A DNA stretch of 64,000 nucleotides from Azolla caroliniana. Lineage: Eukaryota; Plantae; Polypodiophyta. The notes below the pieces were generated by a model. The model searched no databases. It had not been told where the DNA came from and saw only the letters and a program-made list of their open reading frames with translations. The translations under genes were made by a program, and so were the position numbers. Location of the stretch: NCBI GenBank assembly GCA_043228905.1, contig JBHGNT010000012.1, positions 1,550,001 to 1,614,000 of the forward strand. The letters run 5' to 3'. Below, in pieces: positions 25,501 to 37,803 of the stretch (position 1 is its first letter; the number at the start of each line of letters is the position of its first letter).

Positions 25501-25875
25501 CCTTGAATGATTCCACCACACGAGATCAGTTTTCACGTCCTTTCCGAGATGAGATTCTAGATGAAATAGTTGTACATATAAGACAAGGTAACGTGGAGAA
25601 TGTGGTGTTGGGAAAACATATCCCTCCATATGGGAAGGAGAGAATGAGTCAGATTAGTCGGATTCGAAGGAAAAGATAGACTGGATCCAGATTCAAATCA
25701 GTGTCTAGATCAATGTTTGGATAGGCATCCGAAAAAGGACACATATGTAAATAAGTTTTGTGTTGCGCCTATTTAGGCTAGAGTTGTAAATAGTCCTAAA
25801 GTTATATCAATGTAAATATAACTAGGGCAAAACATTAGGCATGTGATGTTCATATTGTTGTAACTGTGTGATATT

Positions 25876-25924
<49 letters not shown>

Positions 25925-27208
25925 TGAGCGTGAGAGAAGTGTAGCATCTCTATTGTAACCACCTGTAGACAAAGAAGACAAGCTCGAGGTAGGTAGGTGC
26001 TTGTGAGTCTCATTGTATTTTCTCTCATATAGTGAACAATTTGGAGTAAGTGAACTCCCATGGTTTTTCCTATTCAGGGTTTTCCATGTTAATATCTTGT
26101 GTCCAATATTTCTGTATTTTTGTTTCTCTCCGTTTGTACTTGAAACTCAGTTGTGGCCAAGTCCCATTTTCTTATCGTGTAGTGTGCCAAGAAGGAAGTA
26201 ATGTTGATAAAGCAAAGATCAAAATAATTCAAAAGGTGACAACCCCAACAAGTCTCAAAACTTTGAAGGTATTTGTGCAAAAAGTTCGTTCGCTTTAAAG
26301 GTTTATTCATATGTTGACATGCCTACTTCTATCAAGAACTATGTATCGCATGTCCCTACTTTTGTTCCAAGAGTTGATAAAGACATACTAATTGTGGTAA
26401 CCTCTTTCTTTGTATTGACAAGTAGAAAGATGGTGATGGTGATTGTCAATGTGTGTGTGTGTGTGTCTAGGAGTGTGAGATTTTTTTCTCACTCAATAAT
26501 TTGTTATATTTTTAGTATTTATACTCCTTTGTCTATAGCCTACCATAAGGCAAAGGATTTTTTCATCTTCTTTTTTAGGCTCACCATAAATGGTTCGCTC
26601 AACAAGCAAGAAGAGGGGCTAAATGTGAAGTCAGTCTTTGTTCGTTAGAAAAGAATGTTGCAAACATGTTGGATGCTAAGAGGTCTAATAATAACGGACA
26701 ATATGAAAGGATCAAGTATTAAGGGAGGAAGGAACTTGAAGGGATATAAAGTTAGAGGTGTTTTTAAAAAGTAGAAAAAGTAGAGGGGGGGGGGGGGGGG
26801 GAAGACGCAGAATAAGGCAGAAAAAGCAGGGCAGAGAAAAAACCTCATAACTTCTTCATCTCATATCCAAATTTCAAAAGCCTCACATATACTTGAGGAT
26901 ATATAAAAAGAAAATATTCTAAAAGGGAAAAAGCAAGAATAACGCAACCAAAAACCGATAAATAGGAGGGTATTCTTAGCAATTAAGAAGGATGAATAAG
27001 AAGGCTAGAAGAAGTGAGAGGAGTCTTAGTAGAAGAAAGAGAGAAGAAGGAAATACTATTATGAACTAGTGTCATTGGGATTAAAGTCGTTCTTTGGGAT
27101 TGTTACTTTTGGATTCTAAGAAGATGGTATTGTTTTCCTAATAGTATATTAAAGTATCCCGTTCTCTTCCTCTTCTCTTCTCTATCTTTTTTCTATATGT
27201 CTCCATCA
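22570..27208 (+). mobile_element. Degenerate Ty3/Gypsy LTR retrotransposon: LTRs 22570-23214 and 26624-27208, PBS-like TGGCGCT at ~23218, PPT ~26603-26620
   Basis: Direct LTR pair (the 3' LTR lacks ~90 bp); gag FYGRARDWYESL and CYTCGVEGHISARC; protease ALVDSG; RT SPIVVVPK..IDFKPLN. No matching TSD found. Confidence 0.88.
25571..26176. mobile_element. Nested LTR-like insertion (solo LTR?) interrupting the RT region, containing (TG)n
   Basis: RT homology stops at DEILDEIV and resumes at VVCQEGSNVDKAKIKII; the insert begins TG and has LTR-like composition. Confidence 0.5.
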
Positions 27209-30200
27209 ACGATCAGGGGGAGGGTTTCATAATCTTTGTATGGAATTCATTATTTGAAGTAGATCGTGAACTACCATGGGTAAGGACTTTGGCTCTCCCA
27301 TGACAATCTCACGTGGAATTGTATCAAACATTGTATAAGCATGGTGAGAAACTTTTCCATAGCTTCCATCCATCATGATATTCTATGTCGGTGATTTTCT
27401 TCTATGAGTGGTTCTCTACACTTGTAGATGGATGGCCACGAGGTATCATGTGATCGATCACTTACACCAATTAAACCAAAATGTTTATAAGTAGAGGTTC
27501 AAGACAAACCAACACTGACAATGAGTAACACTTTTACAAAATTTACACTCTTCGATTACAATGATGACATTAATGTAGTTATAAATGTGTGCTTGTAATG
27601 GGGCTTTTATACTATATAGGATGGGTTGTTATCCCAAGTTAAGCTTTTAATAACTTACAATTTGTTGGTTGCTTGATGATCAATGATCACTTTAATCCTA
27701 AACTATTCATATAGCATCTTAAAGTATATGCTTCATCTTCCATGACTTTCTATGCAATATAAGTGGGGAGTCTACGAGTTCTCCACAATGAGGGGTTAGC
27801 TTGGTGGTTGCAAGGTAGGCCTTGACTATGGACAAAGGTACCATGGGAGTGGCAGTCTCAAGTGTAGCATCTTCATGGCTACTCACATGTTGGTCCCACC
27901 TAGACAAGATGGTGACCCTCATTCATTGGTCACATTCATGCCCGAGTTCATGGTATGCTTGTTCTATAATTCTCCACATCTAGGAAGTCAGCTTCCTTAC
28001 CTTGCTGGACCTTACCTCTATGATCTGCTTGGACAAAGTGAAGCTAGATTGCATTTGCCACCCATTCGTGCCAAGAAAGCCTTTATGGCTACCTACAATT
28101 TCTTGACCCCCTAACATTGGAGATCTCATGGTTTGAGCTCATGTTGGTTGCAACGTCCTTGGTCACGACCTCGTTTTTGGAATTTGTGAGCTACTTAACT
28201 AGTATATTAACTCATTTGATGAGTGTGGCCACATGAGTTCTCGAATGATCCGATCATCCATCATGAGGTTTGGCAATTAGTCTAGCTAAATTTGGGGCCT
28301 ATGCAAGGTTGTTGACTTTTGGGCTTTCCAATCCCCCTTCTCATAGCATGTTCAAGCTAGAGAATTTGCTATGCTAACTAGTGGGATAGCTGTGAGCATT
28401 CCCGTGGTCGAGATGAACTTTGGCGCCACTATAGTGTGTTGCACCTCTACATTGGATGTTGATTGGTCATCTAGTGGGGATAGAGAGGGTTGGGCCTTCT
28501 TGTGGACGATTATCGTGATCATAGGCAACTACAACATGAGTGGGTTTTGTGGGGGCCGATGATATCTTGGGCTATTGGCAACAACCTAGTTTCCATGAGG
28601 TACTTGATAAGGAGCCATCACAAGCTTTTGCTAAGGTTCTATCAATGTGGATTAATCAATTCTTTGGGGGCAACTCAAGAGTTGGGGAAGTTGGGGTTAT
28701 TGGTGGTGGGTTGTTAGGGTGACGTGGTACTTCTACTGGTCCTTCAACCAATGTGAGCAAAGGTTGGAAGAGAACATTGAATGATCAAGGGAGAGTGGTT
28801 GGATGCAAATTCTTCAAATGTTTTGTGCACTGATGCAACTTCTTCTGCGACCGTGGATTTTGCGACATAATGGCCCCAATTGACATCCTACCCTTGGTAG
28901 GCCATAATATTTTGGGGCACATAAGGTAATTTGTAGTGAAACAACCCCCTTTTCCAATAGGAATGCCACAACCTCTGGGACGAGCAACTTGGGTTGTCCT
29001 AGGTTATGTATATCTTGGACAAGATTGAACATTGTTTGAATGATTGAATCATCATGTTGGAATCGGGTTAGTATGGTTGGCTTTATAGAGTTTGGCCTAG
29101 AATTATGTATGTGCCAAACCACCGTGTTTGGGCATGGTGGCTTATTTGCTAGCCACGAGGAAGGTTGCTAGGGTTGTTGATGACAAATGCCTTGTCTTGT
29201 AGGGGGTAAGTAACTCGCATATTGCTCTTCCCAACCTTGGCATTATGGTTTAGGTCCACATGGAATTGATTTTGAAAAATGTGTGTGAGTCTCCATGTTG
29301 CAATTTAAAAAACTCTCCTTGTTTAAATATATTCACTAGAATATCTTACATTGGTGCAAATGAGCTAGTTTTGAAAAAATATATTCTCCCCTTACTGAAG
29401 TGTTAGATGCCAAACACAACGTGTTGTGGAAAATCTGCTAATTTCATTGTTGTCATTGTTTTCTGAGGAATTTGCGTGATCTCCAATTACAATTGATAAA
29501 GAGTTTCTAGTGGTCAATCTAAACCTTTTATCACAATCTACACTAATGAACCCATGAACTTCATTTTGCAAAGCACAAGAATTACAACTATGACTTGATG
29601 GATGTTTACATGTACATTTGGAGCTTCTTACACAACCTATAAAAGCCAACCCTTTCACATTTATCCATTAGTGCATGACGTTTTGTTTATATCTCAAAGT
29701 TTGTTTGGGAATTTCAAGCACATACAGGAAGCAAGAGAATTGGATGTGTCTGCGAAACATGCCCTAGAAAATGTGGGGATAGTGAAACCCATGTAAGATA
29801 AGGTGTGTATACCTTATTGAGAAGGTGGAGCCTCACCTCTTGGCACTAACTATAAATAGAGATGAGAAACTCATGTTGGCAAGCAACTTGTAAAGAGCAA
29901 AGTCTAGTTGTTGGACAAATTACATTTGTCTTCATTCTCTTCGTCTCAGACTCTCTTGCTCATTGCCATATTTTGACTCTAGACTCCTTGCGCATTTGTG
30001 ATTTGCTCATTTTCATTAGTCTCTTCAATAGGAAAATGAGTGAGTGATCAACAGATATTAGTATCCCAATAGTGGAGATTATTATCGTATTATGCCATCG
30101 AGCTAGATTATGATTAATGAACTAAATGGATTTGTAAGTAGTTATCTGTTATGCATTTCCTTCAAATATTTGATTGATTAATATTTGGTGTAATGAACTT

Positions 30201-31476
30201 CAAAATCTACAGTTTAACTAGAGATGTAACTATGCGTCAAAAGGAAAGCAATGACTACCACATTTTGCTATACATTATATTACAATTTACAATTATCGTA
30301 GCTACATGTAATTATGCAATCATGGAGTCATCGAAGGCAAGTTAGATGACAATGTATGATCATGCTAAGAAGGCAAATAACTTTGACCTATGGCACCCAA
30401 AATGAGCATTACAAGAGAATCTCTTATGTTGGCACTCATGTATGTTTTTTAGGGAAACTATCAATATGTTTACACAAACTACCCTTTGTATTTTCAACAA
30501 TACCAAAAACATAATATATCCTTAGTTTTAAAGTAGCCCACAATGGTTGTTTTACCTCCAACTTCAACGCACAATAAAGAGCCAATTTCGCCATCATTGT
30601 AATATGCTTATACATAATAAGATAAATGATCATTTAGTATGCTTGATTTCTAAGTTACCTATATGTGCTTGGGAAAGTTGACTCCAATAATCACATGATA
30701 ATTATGATGAAGCACACAATTAAGAAAACAACAAGCAACACATGGCTTCGAAACATTCACTTAGTCAACATAATGATAAATTCTTATTACTTTGATCGAG
30801 CCTAATGCAACAAGATTTGGATGCTATTATTCTTGATGCCGTGCATTGCTTAAAATGACGATTGGTTTAATCGTGTGAAATTTACTTCACAGACATCATG
30901 TCGTGATTGGTGTGAAACTAATGTTCATTATGCCCAAGAGTATACTTTGATATTATTGAAAACACATGATGTACCATTAATATTTCTTTAGCATGATGTG
31001 CGTATATATGTATATATATATCTTGTATTACGAAAAGACAATGTATCTTGTGTATACAAATATGTAATGTATAAATATGCCATGATTGGAATCATACCTA
31101 CCACCATTTCCTCATATACTTTTGTTGCTTTGATTTTCACAATTTGTCTATGTTTGCTCCATATCACATAGTTATGCGGTAGACAAGCAAACTATGTTAA
31201 AATCTAGGCAAGTAGTTGTCTACCCCAAGTTTGGGACGGATGATCTTGATCCGCAAAGCCCCCCCCCCCCTCCCCCGAAATAAAAAATAAAAAATGGAAG
31301 CACCTTTGATTGTCCGGCCTCAAAAAAAGACTTGGACAAGCAACAATGATGCACTCTCCAAATTCCGGGACATGTGTTTTTTGATCCTCCCAACATACTG
31401 GTCAATTAGGGTCATGGAGAATTCTGGAGCTCGGACTACGGTGATAGGGCTAATAGAAGGATTTGTTCAGGTCACA

Positions 31477-31668
31477 GAAGAAGAAGAAGAAGAAGAAGAA
31501 GAAGAAGAAGAAGAATTTAAAAGAATGTTGGAGAAGGAGTTGTCTGGGTCACAAAAGAAGAAGACGAAGAATTTAGAAGAAGAATTTAGAAGAAGAAGAA
31601 TTTAGACGAAGAATTTAGACGAAGAAGACTTTAGAAAAAGACTTTAGAAGAAGAAGAAGAAGAAGAAT
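31477..31668. repeat. (GAA)n and GAAGAATTTA-type minisatellite
   Basis: Directly visible repeats. Confidence 0.85.
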
Positions 31669-31838
31669 AGGAAGACAAACCAAAGGATAGATTAGGTCCC
31701 TCGGATTCGATCTAGGCCGTCCATTCCAAAACGCATCGGACGGTTCTGATCTTCTCATCAATGCGTGTGATACATACTTGACACAGAGAGAGAGAATAGG
31801 AGGAAAAATAAATGAAAATTACAAATCCGTTTTATTTT

Positions 31839-31956
31839 TGGGCTTCTGTTTCAGAAACCCTAAAAATTCTCTGCGTCTTCTCCTTCTCCTCTCCATCCAT
31901 TCCATGGCTTCTTCCTCCTGATCTCTCCCCTCTCCATTCCTAGGGTTTCCTTCCAG
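31839..31956 (+). promoter_or_regulatory. Probable RRP1 promoter and non-coding first exon; 5'-UTR intron 31957-37783
   Basis: Site-II-like TGGGC ~31839, telobox AAACCCTA 31855 and TAGGGTTT 31941 (typical of ribosome-biogenesis genes), donor CAG|GTTAGT followed by (CT)n, acceptor TTTTCAG at 37783 just before the ATG. Confidence 0.65.
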
Positions 31957-31960
31957 GTTA

Positions 31961-32014
<54 letters not shown>

Positions 32015-32225
32015 CTCTCTTATTTCTCTATACTGGAAAACGGTTCTCCTGTTTAGCTCAATACTGTCACGAATCTCCCTGTAGTTTTGTACCTCATCGC
32101 TGTAACGATTCTCTGTAAAGTTTTATATCTCGACACTGCAACCATGCTCTGCGTAATTTCCTTTCCCATTTTATAGATCATATATCTGTTTCTCCTTCGA
32201 ACATACACACACAGAAAAAAGAAAA

Positions 32226-32265
<40 letters not shown>

Positions 32266-33289
32266 TGTATGTATGTATTCATATACGCAGAAGGACATAA
32301 ATTCTTTTATCCTTTTATGCAAAAAAAGAAACAAGTTTTTCTCGTGAAGTGAAGATTCTTTTTAAAAAAAAATCGTTGAACGAAAGCATTATATGTAGTG
32401 AAATGAGTACTGTCTCCAAAAATCATATGCTAAATTTCTGCCATGGTCGATTAATTTCTAGAGTACTTGTGAAAGTATAAATTTCAGAACTGTTGCATTC
32501 TGAATTGATTGAGTTTAAGCAACCCATTTCATATCAACATACTCGTCCGACATAGGTGATTGGTTTCTTCAATGCTTTCAGCAACATATTTTTATGAATG
32601 CTGTATTGGAGAACGTACAGGTTCACACTTTCTATATATCCACATGTCTGTGCGTGGGAAGAGTCATATTTTCAGGAATGAAACATTTCATTCACAAGAA
32701 AATTCCTTCATCTTTCCTTTTGCTTCATTTGTATAAACAACACAATTAACAACCTTGGCTCATGCTTTATTCCTTAAAACCAAATCACTTGAACCAATTC
32801 TTATATTTACAACCTCGTAACAACTCATAATACATGTGGAACCCTCCAGTTCCTTCTTCTTCGTAGGAGGGATACTATAATCTGATGCTTATCCTCTTAA
32901 CTAATAAAATTGGTGTCTGTTCTTGAATATCATTTCACATGTGTTAAATCATATCCCACATTATTAACTGTAAGTGATGTTTAAAAACCAAGACTATGTG
33001 TTTGTTTAGCAAGATGAAGAGATTACATTATATTTGGTGAATGTTACATTCCTCAGTTGAATGTATCCACTAAGCTCTAAAAAGGCTTTTAAAAATGTGC
33101 ATTCATTGTTATATACAAAAATAAGTATCATTGCTACCTCCCAAAAAACCATGATTAGCAACCTCCAGGTATATCTTCGCTATCTGAACATCTGGATGAG
33201 GCTATGTGATATTGATGTATAGATATGACAACGTAGCCTACAAAATATGAGGGGATACCCTTCACCTATTAAATCGTAGGATTTAAGAT

Positions 33290-36200
33290 TGTTAACTGTT
33301 CTGGCGGAAACACCTTCGATATGCCTACAAGCTATCGGTATCAAGGGAAGTGTAATCGTGAAGACTGGTGCACGGAGGTGTCGTTAGGGGGAGAACACGG
33401 AAAGCATACCTGGAATAGAGCCCGGGTCGTATACGTAGTTGAGACCCTAAAAGCGACGACACATAGATGAAAACAACAAGAGCTATAGATATGTATTACT
33501 GCAATAGTTAGCGATGATTACAAAAGAACACGGCCCACAGCCGGTAGCCTTACAAAGCTTTTTTAACTATGAACCGACCTCCCTAGGCTCTGGATATCTC
33601 CCCTTTGCTGAGGTACGCAGACCTCGGTTTATATACTTCTTTTCCTTCATACAACGCCGAGCGGTCGGCTGATTGTGAGGCTCGAAACTCGGCGTTTTAC
33701 CTAATTCTCCCTTACCTACTCGCCTTACTTCCGGCGTATTATATTTAATTAATTTCTATTTTTGGCCTATGGACAACACCTAGCACGCCCGTGGGACAGG
33801 ACTTTGTCCGTCGAACCCATGGTTCACCATGGATTTAACAAAACCACACGAATTGCAAAAATGGCCCGTTCCTACGGGGCTTAGAGGTTGGTCTTATTCT
33901 TCTTCCAATATGCTGAGGATATCCTCGGGGGCGTGGGGTTGGGTTGGCTGCTCGGCCGATGGGGTTGGTGATGGGGGTGGTGTTGCCGAGTTGGGGATGA
34001 CGGTGTCGGCGTGTGTGCCCTCCTCTGTTGGGACCGATGCAGGCAGGGTCGGGGTTATAGTCTGTGGCTTCGGTGGGATGTGGACGTTGGTAGGAGCAGA
34101 CTCCTCCGGTCTAGCTGCCGTGGGGAGTGACTCGGTTCCTTGCTCGGTGTTTGTGGGAGCTCTGTGACTCCCGGTAGCGAGTCGTTCTTCCTCGTATGCT
34201 TCGGCTTCTAAACGAAACACCATTAGATCGTCGTTGAATTCCTCCAAGAGTTGCTCGATGGCCGTGGTGTGGGATGTTGCCAAGATATGATATTCTTCCG
34301 TTAAGTCCTCACGGAGGGTCTGGATGCTGGTGTTATCCATCTTGTAAAACCCTCGGCCCTCCTTCCGTCGGTTCTCGGCATCCACGCTTAGTATGTGTAG
34401 GTCCGTAGCTTGGGCTGACCACTCCTACCAAACATGGTCAAGCGTTTCTTTGATCTTCGTGGTGAATTGTTGGCGATACTTGTGGATTAGGGTCTTGATT
34501 TTGATATCGTCCATGCCGATGCTCGCGCGGTGAACTTCCAGTGCCTCCCTTGCGGCCTTGGCTTTTGCGGGTGAAGAGTGCTAACGTAGCTTGATTATCT
34601 TTTGCTTTTTCCGTGATGAGCGCGATGGTCTGCTCATAACGGTTGGTGACCTGAGCTACAGTTTCGTCCCTTCCTAGTTACCAAGTGTCCCGGTGTTCTT
34701 TGACGGCGATGTGCTCGGATTGCAACTGGTGATATGCATCGGAAATTTTTGCTCGTTGCTCCTCCGAGATCCTCGACTTCTGCATATTTTCGTTGACCAT
34801 GTCCTGGAAGGCTCATTGATGATGGCGTAATTCCTGGTTGTCGGTGAAGAGCTCTTGTTCTCGTTGGCTATTCCGCTCGGTTTCTTTGATGAACCGTTCC
34901 TTAGCCTCAGTTATCGAGACTTGGAGGGTCATCACCTCTTGTTCTCGTGCTTCAAGCGCAGCCGACCTTTCAGCAAGCAAGCGCTTGAGGTCCGCTTCGC
35001 GGCTCGCGGCTCATTCTCGTTGTTGGCCAAGAATGTTGTTGTGATTCTGTTCGGCCATTTCGGCCAACGCGATCTGGGCCTGAAGCTCCTCCTGGTAGTC
35101 CCTAAGGGGAGGCCCTATCTGGGTTACCGCTTGCTGGAGTTGTGCCGAGGACTCCGTCTATCTGTGTCGCTCGTTCCATGACTTCCGGAGGTGGTGGCGT
35201 TTGTGTCGAGGCGTGGCTGGTATGGGGGTGCGGGCTGATATCTGCCCGTGACGATGGCTCACATGCTTGTACCGAGTCAGTCATTGTGCTGGCCTCGGCC
35301 ATGGCTACTGTGGGGTGGGCGGTGTCGTCTTTGTGTGCTATGGTACCTTCAGCACTCAGGCTCGGGTTCGGAAGAGTGGCTGGTGAGACAGCTTCACTCG
35401 GCGTAGGGAGGATTAAGGGCGGCTGTTGCTGCGTGAGTGTCACCGGTTTCTCCTCGGGGGCTTGCCATAGGTCGGTAGCCTGTTTGGCTTGCTGATGCGC
35501 CGTTTTGATACGTCGGGCCATGTCCTTGGCTGCCCGAGTAGTGTGGTGTAGATTGCGATATGCCTCAACTAAGGCCATGTTCAGATCCGGTAGTTCCATG
35601 AGAAGCGAAGCATTCTGGACTTGCTTCTTCCGTCCTATCTTTTGTAAGGCTTGATCCTCGTGAGGTTCGATTTCACCCATTAGCGCGTGTTGGTTCATCT
35701 TTGTTTCGGCGTGCTCCTCGGCCATACGAGCGGCAGCAGCTACTTCGACTGGGCACAACTTACGAGTTAATGGATTTCCTCGTTCGTAGAGGCTCCCGTA
35801 GGCTGGACAGGAATGCGTCCGGATTGTGTTGTGCAGAGACATCGTCGGCCACTTGTTTGTAGAGATCCTAGAACCGGATCGTGAATTGTGTGACCGTCTC
35901 GTGCGGTTCTTGTCGCATGGAGAAGAACTGTCGGAGCAATTCTCGTTTGGGCACCTCGCGATGGAACGGTTCTAGGAACTGTGTGCGAACGTCGTGGAAT
36001 GTGCCAAACTCCCCTGTGTCAAGGCCAGAATACCATCGCACAGCTGGTCCATCGAGGGATAGCGTTAACTCGGCAATTTTTGAGGCCTCGATTTCGGCAG
36101 GCGAGAAGCGCTGGGTTGAGTGGTTGGCCTGCCGGTGGATACGAAGGCACGGATGTGCGACTCCGCGTCGGGGCTGTCGGTGTATCGTGGGTAAGGATAC

Positions 36201-37017
36201 GACATGGTATCGAATTCGGAGTCTTCCAGTAAAGCCGGAAAAGGGTTAGGGTCAGGGTGGGTGATCTCTGGAGGGCTTGGTGGAGAGGTTGGTGTGGACT
36301 CGACTCGCGACCAAGTAGCAGATGGCGAGGATTGCAACCGGTGAGCCTCCGATGTTTTTGGGAAGGACTGGTCCGTGACCGCTGAGTCGGAAGTGCCTTC
36401 GACTGGCTCAGGGTGTCGGCCAGATGGCCGAGACCGCTTGATGCGCATGGGCGCCGTAATGGCGGCTGAAGGTTGTTTTCAACGTAGTTCGCTGTGATCT
36501 CACAGCTGTAACTGGGCGTGCCAAATTGTGTTAACCATTCTGGTGGAAACACCTTCGATATGCCTACAAGCTATCGGTATCAAGGGAAGTGTAATCGTGA
36601 AGATTGGGTCACGGAGGTGTCGTTGGGGGGAGAACACGGAGAGCATACCCGGAATAGAGCCCGGGTCATATACGTAGTTGAGACCTTAAAAGCGACGACA
36701 CATAGATGAAAACAACAAGAGCTATAGATATGTATTACTACAATAGTTAGCGATGATTACAAAAGAACACGGCCCACAGCCGGTAGCCTTACAAAGCTCT
36801 TTTAACTATGAACCGACCTCCCTAGGCTCTGGATATCTCCCCTTTGCCGAGGTACGCAAACCTCGGTTTATATACTTCTTTTCCTTCATACAGCGCCGAG
36901 CGGTTGGCTGACTGTGAGGCTCGAAACTCGGCGTTTTACCTAATTCTCCCTTACCTACTCGCCTTACTTCCGGCGTATTATATTTAATTAATTTCTATTT
37001 TTGGCCTATGGACAACA
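33290..37017 (-). mobile_element. Structurally intact non-autonomous Gypsy-type LTR retrotransposon: 489-bp LTRs (33290-33778, 36529-37017), TSD AAGAT, tRNA-Arg-type PBS, gag N-terminus plus coiled-coil extra ORF, no pol
   Basis: TG..CA LTRs near-identical and of equal length; AAGAT at 33285-33289 and 37018-37022; minus-strand PBS TGGCACGCCCAGT 36523-36511; gag-like LSLDGPAVRWYSGL..MRQEPHETVTQF; minus-strand TATA in the LTR. Confidence 0.93.
33779..33818 (-). other. tRNA-Arg 3'-end-like structured motif at the PPT position (copy 2)
   Basis: Minus strand GGGTTCGAC-GGAC AAA GTCC-TGTCCCACGGGCGTGCTAGG directly before the 3' LTR TG. Confidence 0.75.
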
Positions 37018-37803
37018 AAGATCACCTTATTTCTTTGGGATAACCATCCATATGCTTCATTTCTCTGTTGGACTATTGCCTTTTCTAGTTGATTTCTTTT
37101 TCTATGTGATCTGCAGTCTTTTGTGACTGATGGAAACCCTATTATCCCCTAACCTTGATCCATTGGTATTCAAAGTCATGTAATTATGCTTTGATTTCAA
37201 TCTAACATTCTCATTCATACCATTGCTTTCATTTTATCTGATACGTGAAGTTAGGATTTCTTTTACGGAGTGAGTATTTTTCATTGACATGCTAGATCAA
37301 CTAGACACTGTACAATTACCAAGTGTTTCAAAAATAAAGCGAACATTTTGGTCAATTTTTTACTTTTATTTAATGATTTAAATCCCAAAGTGAATCATGA
37401 TTGGTATAAAGGCTGTTAATAACAAGCATATCATAAAGGCACTTTCTTAACTCTGCTTGTATAGTATCTCAATGAAAGGCACTTAGTTCAGAATTCCCTT
37501 AGTAATGCAATAATTTATAAATGCACTTACTTAGCTCTCCTTTTGTAGTCTCTCAATGGAAGGCACTCAGTTCAGAACCCCTTTAGTATTGCAATAATCT
37601 TTCTATTGATCAAACCATATATTAGTTTCCATCAAGCCAGAAATGATACTAATCTCTGTTATGATTTTCGATTTGATTCTGGAAATAACCCATTATATCT
37701 TCTGTTGAATTCTATGGAAATGCTCAGCATTATGAAGTTTTTTCTTATTTTCTTGCTTCATTCTGTCTGAATTCCTTTTTCAGAAGTTAAATTAGAACTG
37801 AGG

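Noticed and set aside
27250-30050. Probable further retroelement debris
   Set aside because: Too degraded to define boundaries or diagnostic motifs.
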